Shown here piece by piece: positions 18,574 through 26,472 of a stretch of DNA of 42,800 bases. The stretch covers positions 1 through 42,800 of the forward strand of contig JBDRIG010000112.1 of assembly GCA_043816185.1 (NCBI GenBank), written 5' to 3'. Every line of letters starts with the position of its first letter. Position 1 is the stretch's first letter. The stretch is from Elusimicrobiota bacterium (GTDB lineage Bacteria; Elusimicrobiota; UBA8919). The notes under the pieces were generated by a model, which saw nothing but the letters and a program-made list of their open reading frames with translations, did no database searches and had not been told where the DNA came from. The translations under genes were made by a program, and so were the position numbers.

Positions 18574-19363
18574 TTTCTTCGCCAGAAATACTTTTAATAT
18601 GGGATAAAGGGTCTGTTTCCAGCGATGGTATTCCTTTGCCTTTTATAGTATCTGCTATTATTACCTTCGGTTGTCCTTTTTTGTTTTTAATTTTTTTGAT
18701 AATTTTTAGGAGCAAATCAATTTTATGTCCATCGACACGTTCCACAAACCATTTGTACTCCACAAACTTTTTTTCAAGTGGTTCTAAGTCAATGATATTT
18801 TTGCAGAAATTCAGCATAGACGCACCGTTATTGTCAATTATGAGTGTAAGATTGTCTAATCTATGTTCACCAGCAAACATTATTGCTTCCCATACAGATC
18901 CCTCAAACAACTCACCATCACCCATAACAACAAAGATATTTTCAGATTTTTTTTGTCTTTTCAGTGCCAATGATATTCCACAGGCAACGCCCAACCCATG
19001 ACCAAGTGAACCGTTTATTGTTTCATATCCCGGTATGCCTGGATCCGGAATACCGCCAAGCAATGCTCCGGTAGTTGCTACTTTTCCAAGTTCTTTTTTA
19101 TTGAAAAAACCGAGATCAGCAAGTATGGGATATAACGAAACAGAACCATGCCCCTTACTTATTATTAATCTATCCCTTTTTTCCCAAAGCGGTTTTTTTG
19201 GATTAAATTTAAAGAGTCCTCCATAGAATAGTGCAACAAAAATTTCTATTGGGGAGAGTGACGAAGCAATCCGTGTTTCCGGAGCAATTTTATGTATTTT
19301 TAAGGTTTCCTTTTTTACCCAACAGGCCTTATTTTTTAAAAGTTCTATATCTGGTAATATCAT
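18545..19363 (-). CDS. Transketolase, N-terminal (ThDP-binding) subunit of a split transketolase
   Basis: Carries SKGHGSVSLYPILADLGF, GSLGHGLGVACGISLA and the ThDP motif VVMGDGELFEGSVWEA...NL..IIDNN. Confidence 0.9.
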   Translation of the reverse strand: MILPDIELLKNKACWVKKETLKIHKIAPETRIASSLSPIEIFVALFYGGLFKFNPKKPLWEKRDRLIISKGHGSVSLYPILADLGFFNKKELGKVATTGALLGGIPDPGIPGYETINGSLGHGLGVACGISLALKRQKKSENIFVVMGDGELFEGSVWEAIMFAGEHRLDNLTLIIDNNGASMLNFCKNIIDLEPLEKKFVEYKWFVERVDGHKIDLLLKIIKKIKNKKGQPKVIIADTIKGKGIPSLETDPLSHIKSISGEEIDKIIANIG

Positions 19364-20348
19364 TTTTGCTTTCTTTCCTTGTGTGTTGCCTACAATATTC
19401 TAAAAGATATTGCACTCTTTCCTTGAAACTGTATTTCGGATGCCAGCCGGTTTGTTTTGTAAATTTTGTCGTATCTGGTATTTGAAGCGTTACATCAGAC
19501 GGACGAAATAATTTTTTCTCGGCTCTTGTCGGAATTTTACATTTTGCAAGTTTTTTCAACTCTTCAAGGAACTCGCCAACCTTTATTATAGTTAAACCAC
19601 CGATATTGTATGCCTCACCAAATTCACATTTTGTTGTTGCAACCCAGTATGATTCCATCGCATCTCTGACATCAATAATTGTTCTTACGGAATCAAGGTT
19701 GCCATGCAATAATTCTTTTTGAAGTCCTGCTTCTATTCTCGCTACTTGCATCGCAAACGATGTTGCAAAAAGATCTACTCTTCTCGGATTGAGATATGCA
19801 AACATTCTTGTCCGTATGATTTTCATTTTATAACTTCTGAAATAAGCATAACCAAGTAAATCCTGTGTCGCTTTTGAGACGGCATATGGGCTTGATGGAT
19901 TTAGAGGACAATCCTCTTTAATTGGTACATTTTTTGAGTCCACCTGTCCATAAACTTCAGATGTACTGCACAACTGAATTATTGGGTTTATTTCTGCGGT
20001 TCTTACCACTTCAAAAAGATTAGCGGTACCCATAATGTTGTTATTTAAAACTGAAAGCGGTGTAATAAATGATGTCCTGACATTTGCATAAGATGCCAGA
20101 TGGAAAATTGCATCTGGTTTAACTTTTTTTAGAACTGAAAAAATGGAAGAAAAATCGGTGAGGTCGCACTCGTGCAAAATAATTTTGTCTATTGATTTGT
20201 CCAGATTTTTATTTGACGATGTGCTATGCCACCGTGAAATTCCATGTATTTCAACCTCCGGGTGATTTTCCGCGATGTAGTCAGCAAGGTAACTCCCACC
20301 TGAGCCGCCTATCCCTGTAATAAGTGCTTTTTTAATTTTTCTTGGCAT
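19329..20348 (-). CDS. NDP-sugar 4,6-dehydratase of the GDP-mannose 4,6-dehydratase (GMD/DmhA-like) type
   Basis: Carries ALITGIGGSGGSYLADYI (Rossmann fold), STSEVYG, the catalytic YAVSKA, and RMFAYLNPRR, which parallels the GMD FNHESPRR region. Confidence 0.75.
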   Translation of the reverse strand: MPRKIKKALITGIGGSGGSYLADYIAENHPEVEIHGISRWHSTSSNKNLDKSIDKIILHECDLTDFSSIFSVLKKVKPDAIFHLASYANVRTSFITPLSVLNNNIMGTANLFEVVRTAEINPIIQLCSTSEVYGQVDSKNVPIKEDCPLNPSSPYAVSKATQDLLGYAYFRSYKMKIIRTRMFAYLNPRRVDLFATSFAMQVARIEAGLQKELLHGNLDSVRTIIDVRDAMESYWVATTKCEFGEAYNIGGLTIIKVGEFLEELKKLAKCKIPTRAEKKLFRPSDVTLQIPDTTKFTKQTGWHPKYSFKERVQYLLEYCRQHTRKESKNDITRYRTFKK

Positions 20349-20373
20349 AACTTTAATTTTCTCACTTTGATCT

Positions 20374-20423
20374 GTAATCGCTGATTTTAATCAGTGCTAA
20401 CGCCAATTAAAATTGGCGATTAC
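20374..20423 (-). other. Compound stem-loop (an outer stem enclosing two hairpins) in a 78-nt intergenic gap
   Basis: The outer stem is gtaatc (20374-20379) with gattac (20418-20423). The inner hairpins are ctgatt-tt-aatcag and gccaatt-aa-aattggc. The element starts 3 nt after the upstream stop codon. Confidence 0.45.
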
Positions 20424-20426
20424 ACA

Positions 20427-21365
20427 TCATGCATTCCCATATTTGGAATTTTTTATTATTTTATATCCTTTGATAAGTTCTTTTATGCCAATATCTAAAG
20501 AAAATTCTGGTTTAAATCCTGTTTTTTCTATTTTTTCGTTTGAGACGATGTAATCTCTTTTGTCGGTATCTTCGCCCACAGGTGCTTCTAAATAAACAAA
20601 ATCAGGAATATGCGTTTTTATTTTTTCGCAGAGTTCAAGTTTTGAGAGATTTGCCTCTGACAAACCAACATTATATGGTTCGTTTTTCATTTTATCAAAA
20701 TTCTCAATTGCGTGTACAAATGCTCGCGCAACATCCTGTATATGTATGAAATTTCTTTTGAAATGCCCTTCAAATAAAACAATAAATCTGTCGTTGACTG
20801 CACGATAGACAAAATCATTAACCATCAAATCTAACCGCATTCTCGACGACATTCCAAATACTGTTGCAAGTCGGAAACTTATTGAGTTTCCTCTGTCAAG
20901 AACAATTTTTTCCGCATCCATTTTTGTTATTCCGTAGAGCGATATCGGGTTAATTGGTGTTTTTTCCGTGCAGAATTTGCCTTTCTGTCCAATTCCATAT
21001 CCACTATTTGTCGTAGGAATTATTATTTTTTGATTTTTACTTATATTGTTCACTATAAATTTTATCGCGTCAGTATTTATGGTTTTTGCTCCTATTTTAT
21101 CGTTATTGCATAAAGACGCACCTACAAGTGCCGATAGTGGTATAAGCATATCGGCAGTTTTAAGGAGTGGCTTAATAATGCTTTCATCACGGACGTCACC
21201 TCGTATAACTTCAAAGTTGTCATTTAAGCAGACATCCGCCAGTGAATTCTGGTTGTACATAAAATTATCAACAACTGTTACTTTATTACCAAGTGTCAAT
21301 AATTTTGGGACCAAAATAGAACCAATGTAACCCGCTCCGCCTGTAATTAAAATTTTATATTTCAT
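20427..21365 (-). CDS. NAD(P)-dependent extended-SDR sugar epimerase/reductase (candidate 4-keto reductase)
   Basis: Carries ILITGGAGYIGSILVPKLL plus YGITKMDAEK (YxxxK). The ORF is 312 aa. Confidence 0.85.
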   Translation of the reverse strand: MKYKILITGGAGYIGSILVPKLLTLGNKVTVVDNFMYNQNSLADVCLNDNFEVIRGDVRDESIIKPLLKTADMLIPLSALVGASLCNNDKIGAKTINTDAIKFIVNNISKNQKIIIPTTNSGYGIGQKGKFCTEKTPINPISLYGITKMDAEKIVLDRGNSISFRLATVFGMSSRMRLDLMVNDFVYRAVNDRFIVLFEGHFKRNFIHIQDVARAFVHAIENFDKMKNEPYNVGLSEANLSKLELCEKIKTHIPDFVYLEAPVGEDTDKRDYIVSNEKIEKTGFKPEFSLDIGIKELIKGYKIIKNSKYGNA

Positions 21366-21378
21366 AATGTTTCTCTCG

Positions 21379-22539
21379 CTAAATTTTTTTCAGCGTTTTG
21401 TGAAGATACTCAATTTTATCCCGTATATCAAAAGGATAATTCCCAACGAAAAACCCGTTGTAATGTGCAGTATCAGCATTTGTTGATTTTGTATAAGTAT
21501 AGTCAAAATATTTTACAACATCGTGCCTGAGCATACATCCACCTGTTATAATTCTGTATTCTATATTTGCTTTTTTTAATTTCTCAAGCACTTTATCGCG
21601 CGATATACCACTTTTTGGATTTACAATCATTGTGAAACAAAACCAGGAGCTTTCTCCGGTTTCCTTTTGTATGATGAACCGTTCATTGTTTCCAAAAAGT
21701 TTTTGGAAATATTTTGCGTTTTCCCTCCGGATTTTTAAGAATTTGTCCAACTTTTTCAGTTGCACTTTTCCTATTGCTCCATGTAGTTCACCAGGCCGAA
21801 CATTGTACCCAGGTAAAATAAACCTATATGCCTCAAAAAAATCATCGTATTTTTTTTTGTATAATCCGCAATTATCAGGCAAACCTCTTGTCCAGCCATG
21901 AGTTCTTAAACATTTTGCCAAGCAATATAATTCTTTGTTGTTCGTTAAAATCAAGCCGCCTTCCATCGTTGAAATATGATGAGAAAAAAATGTGCTGAAT
22001 GTGTTTATAAGTCCAAATGTTCCTGTGTGTTTTCCGTCAAACCTCGCACCCATCGACTCGCAATTATCTTCAAAAAGTATTATATTGTTTTCTTTGCATA
22101 ACCCTGTAATTTCACCAAATTGGCAGGGATTACCGAGGATGTTTACAGCCACAACCATTTTTGTTTTTTTGGTTATTGCATTTTTAAGTTCCTTTGTATC
22201 AATGTTTAGCGTCTGTAAATCAACATCTACGAACTTCATCTTCAGTCCATACTGATGAAGTGGATAATAAGTTGTGCTCCATGAAATGTTTGGAACAATT
22301 ACTTCATCTCCTCGTTTTAATGGGTTTTCTTTACTGTAAAATAAAGAAGCTACTGCTATCAAATTTGCCGACGAACCGGAGTTAACCATGACACAATGTT
22401 TCATACCAAAGTATTTGGCAAATTGTTCCTCGAATTCTTGGACATGCTTGCCCATAGTAAATTGGTCGCTTTTAATAACTTCAAACATCACTTGTTTTTC
22501 TTCTTTTGAAAATGTTGAATAAAGTAGTTCGTATTTCAT
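21379..22539 (-). CDS. PMP-dependent NDP-4-keto-6-deoxy-sugar 3-dehydratase, ColD/E1-like (DegT/DnrJ/EryC1 fold)
   Basis: Carries MVNSGSSANL, VPNISWSTTYYPLHQYGL, FEDNCESMGA, FSTFFSHHISTMEGG, LRTHGWTRGLP and LPGYNVRPGELHGAIG. Residue 188 by my count is His (codon 21976-21978) where aminotransferases carry the Schiff-base Lys. Confidence 0.85.
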   Translation of the reverse strand: MKYELLYSTFSKEEKQVMFEVIKSDQFTMGKHVQEFEEQFAKYFGMKHCVMVNSGSSANLIAVASLFYSKENPLKRGDEVIVPNISWSTTYYPLHQYGLKMKFVDVDLQTLNIDTKELKNAITKKTKMVVAVNILGNPCQFGEITGLCKENNIILFEDNCESMGARFDGKHTGTFGLINTFSTFFSHHISTMEGGLILTNNKELYCLAKCLRTHGWTRGLPDNCGLYKKKYDDFFEAYRFILPGYNVRPGELHGAIGKVQLKKLDKFLKIRRENAKYFQKLFGNNERFIIQKETGESSWFCFTMIVNPKSGISRDKVLEKLKKANIEYRIITGGCMLRHDVVKYFDYTYTKSTNADTAHYNGFFVGNYPFDIRDKIEYLHKTLKKI

Positions 22540-23552
22540 ATATTCTTATCCAAAATATTTTCTGAATCTGGTTTGTAAAAAATTATTTCTGAACCAGAAA
22601 AATCAAATTCAAATGGTATATGAAGAAATTTTTTTAGTACCTTCTTTAATTTTATCTGATTTTCTGGTTCAGCATAAAAAAGCATAAAACCACCACCACC
22701 CGCACCAAGTAATTTTCCTCCGACGGCACCGTTCACTAATGCTGTTTTGTAAATTTCATCTATGGAATCATTGCTTATTTTGGTAGATAAACACTGTTTT
22801 AATTTCCACGTTTCATTGAGTAGCTTCCCGAACAACCCAAAGTCGGGTTTGACAGATGTCACAATATTATATCCGTCATCAACAAGTTTGTTCATTTTGT
22901 GAAGTTCTTTTTCATTTTTACAGGTATTTTTTATTTGTTCTTCCGCTATGTCTGATGCATTACGCGATATCCCTGTGAAAAAAAGCATAAATTTTTTTTC
23001 AAATTTCGCTATGTTTTCTTTTGTCATAATCACAGGTGAAACCACGATTTTACCGTTATGTAAAAAATCGATTTTATTAAATCCGCCCTGTGCAGCAAAA
23101 ACTTGGTCCTGTGAGCCAACATTTTCTTTAATGATATTTTGTTCAACATAGATAGCAAGTTTGAATAATTCGCTTTTTGAGATAATCTTTCCTTCAAGTG
23201 CAAACATTGCTTTTAACAAGCCAACAGTAAAGGCAGAACTTGAACCCATACCAGATTTTGCGGGTATATCGCCGTCGTGGTGAATGGATATACCCTTCTT
23301 ATACCTAAAATATTTTAATACTTCTCTAACAGACGGATGTTTTATTTCGTCTATGGTTTTGGGATTTTCCATCTGTGAGTAGACTATTCGATGTTTGTGT
23401 TCAAAAAAAGGTGGGAGTTCTCTTATTATCAGATAACAATATTTATCTATTGCTGTACCGAGAACCCTACCGTCGTGTTTCAAATACCACAATGGATAAT
23501 CAGTTCCACCGCCAAAAAAAGATATTCTGTGAGGAGTTCTTGTGATAATCAT
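22536..23552 (-). CDS. GHMP-family sugar kinase, D-glycero-D-manno-heptose-7-phosphate kinase (HddA)-like
   Basis: Carries MIITRTPHRISFFGGGTDYPLWY at the N-terminus, the GHMP motif PAKSGMGSSSAFTVGLL, and LLGAGGGGFMLF. Its stop overlaps the downstream ATG as ATGA. Confidence 0.8.
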   Translation of the reverse strand: MIITRTPHRISFFGGGTDYPLWYLKHDGRVLGTAIDKYCYLIIRELPPFFEHKHRIVYSQMENPKTIDEIKHPSVREVLKYFRYKKGISIHHDGDIPAKSGMGSSSAFTVGLLKAMFALEGKIISKSELFKLAIYVEQNIIKENVGSQDQVFAAQGGFNKIDFLHNGKIVVSPVIMTKENIAKFEKKFMLFFTGISRNASDIAEEQIKNTCKNEKELHKMNKLVDDGYNIVTSVKPDFGLFGKLLNETWKLKQCLSTKISNDSIDEIYKTALVNGAVGGKLLGAGGGGFMLFYAEPENQIKLKKVLKKFLHIPFEFDFSGSEIIFYKPDSENILDKNI

Positions 23553-23688
23553 ATTTTTCTGGTTATGATACTACCGAAAAAAGTTGCTACCAATCTGTTA
23601 TTCCTAACAGAACATATAAAAAAAATTAATCTACTTATGCAACAGAACTTGAACATCGCAATAAATTCTCCAGTGATCTTATTATACA

Positions 23689-24846
23689 TCATTTCTGGAT
23701 TTCCGTCAAACATTTTTCATAGAGTTGGGCATATCGGTTGGCAATGTAGGGAAGTGAGTATTTTTCAATTACGGTTTGCCGTGCTTGGATTCCCAAATTT
23801 GAATATGTTTTAAGGCTGGCACATATTTTGAGAATAACAACGGCAGGTAGGGTAGATTCTGCGACTGCAAATGTGGATTCAAAATTTAATAATAATCCAT
23901 CATAATTGTCGGTTATGATGTCTGCATTTGACCTAATATTATTTGCCAAAACAATAAGACCACTGCTCATTGCTTCAAGGATTGCGTTTGATAACCCCTC
24001 ACCAAACGACGATAGAATAAACGCATCGCTCGCAGATAAAAACTCATTTATGTTTTTTTGAAAACCCAAAAAATGAATATTTTTCTGTGTGAATGAACTT
24101 CTGAAATTTTTTAGTAATGAACCTTCGCCAACTATTAAAAGATGCATATTGCCTGGGATTTTTTCCCAGATATTCAGCAAGGCATCTAATCCTTTTCCTT
24201 GTTCAATACGCCCAGCATAAATACAGATTGGACAGTCGGTTGGGATATTTAATTTTTTTCGCAATGTGGTTTTTTCTTCTATATCCACAGGCCTGAAAAT
24301 ACTAGTGTTAACTCCATTGGGAATTAAAAATGTTTTTTCTTTTGGAAATCCGGCAGAAATTATTTCAGCTAAAACCTCGTTCCCAGGTACAACAAATATG
24401 TCAAAACTTTTTTTGATAATTTTGAGTTTTAATTTTCCGCACGGTTTTGAAATGGAGGTTTCAATATCTCCGGTTTTTCTCGCCCCTCCAAATTTGAGTA
24501 TTATTTTTTTACCAAAAAGTTTTTTAATTAAAATTGCCGAGAATGCATGTGAAGAAGCAAGATGTACATGGATTATGTCGTATTTTTTCGAGTTTTTCAA
24601 AAGAAAAATAAATGAAGATATGCAGAAGAAAAATGATGAAATAGAATCCCGCCCCAATATAAATGTTCTGTGTATCGGTAATCCGTTGATTACCTCATAT
24701 TTTTTTAAGCCTTTTAATCGTGCTGTAAGAATAAAAATATCGTTTTCCATGTCGACAAGGGCACCTGATAATCGCTGTGCCTGTAGTTCGGTTCCACCAA
24801 TTATTGGATAAAATCTTGCTAAAAGCATACAAATTTTTAATTTCAT
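23689..24846 (-). CDS. Glycosyltransferase family 4 (GT-B)
   Basis: Carries FYPIIGGTELQAQRL at the N-terminus and SSFGEGLSNAILEAMSSGLIVLANNIRSNADII (EX7E region). Confidence 0.9.
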   Translation of the reverse strand: MKLKICMLLARFYPIIGGTELQAQRLSGALVDMENDIFILTARLKGLKKYEVINGLPIHRTFILGRDSISSFFFCISSFIFLLKNSKKYDIIHVHLASSHAFSAILIKKLFGKKIILKFGGARKTGDIETSISKPCGKLKLKIIKKSFDIFVVPGNEVLAEIISAGFPKEKTFLIPNGVNTSIFRPVDIEEKTTLRKKLNIPTDCPICIYAGRIEQGKGLDALLNIWEKIPGNMHLLIVGEGSLLKNFRSSFTQKNIHFLGFQKNINEFLSASDAFILSSFGEGLSNAILEAMSSGLIVLANNIRSNADIITDNYDGLLLNFESTFAVAESTLPAVVILKICASLKTYSNLGIQARQTVIEKYSLPYIANRYAQLYEKCLTEIQK

Positions 24847-24912
24847 AAAATACGATTCGTGTGGATAAAAGATAACTACTCGATTTAGATAGACGAAAAT
24901 CTGTTAATCTAA

Positions 24913-25497
24913 CTAAATTGGTTTACTACTGGCTATCCGTTTTATCAAAATTGTCATGCTAAAAATGGTTAGCAATAGACCAGTTAAAAAAATAATATAT
25001 TTGGGTTGGAAATTTTGTGGATTAACAACTACATTTTCAGGAAATGAAATTTTATTTTCATAAAGATTTTTTGTTATTTTTTTCCAATTAGTGTTCATAT
25101 TTCTACTAGTTATTACATATTTTATACCGTACTTCGCAAGTTTTTCTGCGTCAGGATTCTTGCCTAACTTTTCAACAAAATCCTCTATTTTTCCTGTTGT
25201 TAAAGGATCGTATCCTGAGGCATTATAAATATGGTGTGGTATATTTGTATTTGCTGGTAAAAAGTTCTTGAAATTATAATAATTGCACACTTCTGAACGT
25301 ACGTCCAAAGTTACAAGATATTTTTTATCGTCGGAAATATCTTGTAGTTTCACAATATTTTCCGCTGCAAAAAGACGATAGGGCATAAAAAGATTACATA
25401 TATCCCTGAAATAAAACATTTTATCTGTAAAAATTACATTGCTAAAAAAGATTAAGATTGAGATTAAGGTTAAGATTAAGATTTTAGTGTTTTTCAA
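24913..25497 (-). CDS. Mini-YfhO paralog: the N-terminal helix, periplasmic C-terminal segment and C-terminal TM of a YfhO-like protein, without the TM core
   Basis: The N-terminus ILILTLISILIFFSNVIFTDKMFYFRDICNLFMPY parallels IWIFILLAIVIFQYSEIIFHKKIFYIRDLIYIFHPW of the 627-aa ORF at 26473-28356. GIKYVITSRNMNTNWKKITKNLYENKISF parallels NIKYILSDYTLNSKNWQLVHKSHLFIYENKKF. A hydrophobic C-terminal anchor is present in both. Confidence 0.6.
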   Translation of the reverse strand: MKNTKILILTLISILIFFSNVIFTDKMFYFRDICNLFMPYRLFAAENIVKLQDISDDKKYLVTLDVRSEVCNYYNFKNFLPANTNIPHHIYNASGYDPLTTGKIEDFVEKLGKNPDAEKLAKYGIKYVITSRNMNTNWKKITKNLYENKISFPENVVVNPQNFQPKYIIFLTGLLLTIFSMTILIKRIASSKPI

Positions 25498-26227
25498 GTT
25501 TCATCCTTATAATCATTTTAAGATATGAAAAAATCGTTTTTAAAATTTTCATTTTACTTTTGCCAGTTTTAAGGTCGTACCGTAAAACCAAACCAACCTC
25601 TGTAATTATTGCGTTTATGCGTGAAAGTTTAATTAAAATCTCAGCCATACAGGTAAAACCTGCCTCTGCTACCAAGTTTTCACCATAATACTCCTTCGAT
25701 TTTTTTATAATTTTTCCTGAATACGCACGGTAACCACTCGTGTAATCTTTGACATTTCGTATCGGAAAAAACAATTTTAACAATGTTGATGCGCCACCAC
25801 TTAAAATTTTCCTGATATTTGTTAGCCCCATTTCACACCCGCCTACTGCATATCTTGACGCAATAACAATATCGTCGCCGTTATTTATATTTTCTAAAAG
25901 TTTAGAGAATAAGTCGGTTGGATGTGTGTTGTCTGCGTCCATGGTTATTAAAATATCGTTGTCGTTTATAATGGATGAAATATAATTTATGCCTGTCTTC
26001 ATTGCTACACCAAGACCTAAGTTTTTTTCATGATTTATAATTTTTAGATTTAACCTCGTTCTATCTTGGCAGGATAATCTTTTAAGTATCTCAAAAGTAG
26101 CATCAGTAGAGCCATCGTTAACAATACTTAAAAGGTGCTGTTGACCCGAAAGTTGATGTGAGATATTACAAAGAACGGTCTCAATTCCAGAGGACTCGTT
26201 AAAGACAGGTAAAAGCAGATATATCAT
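25484..26227 (-). CDS. GT2 polyprenyl-phosphate sugar synthase (Dpm1/GtrB/ArnC-like)
   Basis: Carries LLLPVFNESSGIE, IVNDGSTDAT, NLGLGVAMKTG, ITMDADNTHP and IASRY. Confidence 0.88.
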   Translation of the reverse strand: MIYLLLPVFNESSGIETVLCNISHQLSGQQHLLSIVNDGSTDATFEILKRLSCQDRTRLNLKIINHEKNLGLGVAMKTGINYISSIINDNDILITMDADNTHPTDLFSKLLENINNGDDIVIASRYAVGGCEMGLTNIRKILSGGASTLLKLFFPIRNVKDYTSGYRAYSGKIIKKSKEYYGENLVAEAGFTCMAEILIKLSRINAIITEVGLVLRYDLKTGKSKMKILKTIFSYLKMIIRMKLEKH

Positions 26228-26442
26228 AAGATAAGTAACTTATACATTCTTATACAGTGAACTACCCCGTCCTTACGGACGGGGACTTCTTGCCGCCGGG
26301 CAGTTAAAATAGTAGCGAGAAAGTGGACAAAGTTACTGGTATAAACAACTGTCAAAATGTAAACAACCGTCAAAAGAATTTTCATCATGGTGATTACGGC
26401 GATAAAATTTACAATACCAACGATGATATTTTTTATCGTCAT
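26224..26442 (-). CDS. Hypothetical small hydrophobic protein (doubtful)
   Basis: 72-aa ORF with an ATG start. The N-terminal two thirds are hydrophobic (IIVGIVNFIAVITMMKILLTVVYILTVVYT) and its stop overlaps the GT2 ATG as ATGA. However, it has no SD, its 3' third runs through a GC-rich hairpin, and part of it is an 18-nt tandem repeat. Confidence 0.3.
   Translation of the reverse strand: MTIKNIIVGIVNFIAVITMMKILLTVVYILTVVYTSNFVHFLATILTARRQEVPVRKDGVVHCIRMYKLLIL
26265..26284 (-). other. 8-bp all-GC-rich hairpin capped by a GNRA tetraloop on the transcribed strand
   Basis: The plus strand reads ccccgtcc-ttac-ggacgggg. On the minus-strand RNA this is CCCCGUCC-GUAA-GGACGGGG, about 40 nt upstream of the GT2 start. 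Confidence 0.6.
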
Positions 26443-26472
26443 AACCAGAAGTTTTTATCGTTGCTATCCTTC

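Noticed and set aside
18444-19001. Long antisense ORFs: 185 aa at 18444-19001, 181 aa at 24266-24811 and 140 aa at 23391-23813 on the plus strand
   Set aside because: Each lies opposite, or partly opposite, a strongly supported minus-strand gene (transketolase, GT4, GHMP kinase). The translations are Ser/Phe/Ile-rich with no recognisable motif, and no SD or promoter is evident. They are most likely frame shadows, although their length is notable for AT-rich DNA.
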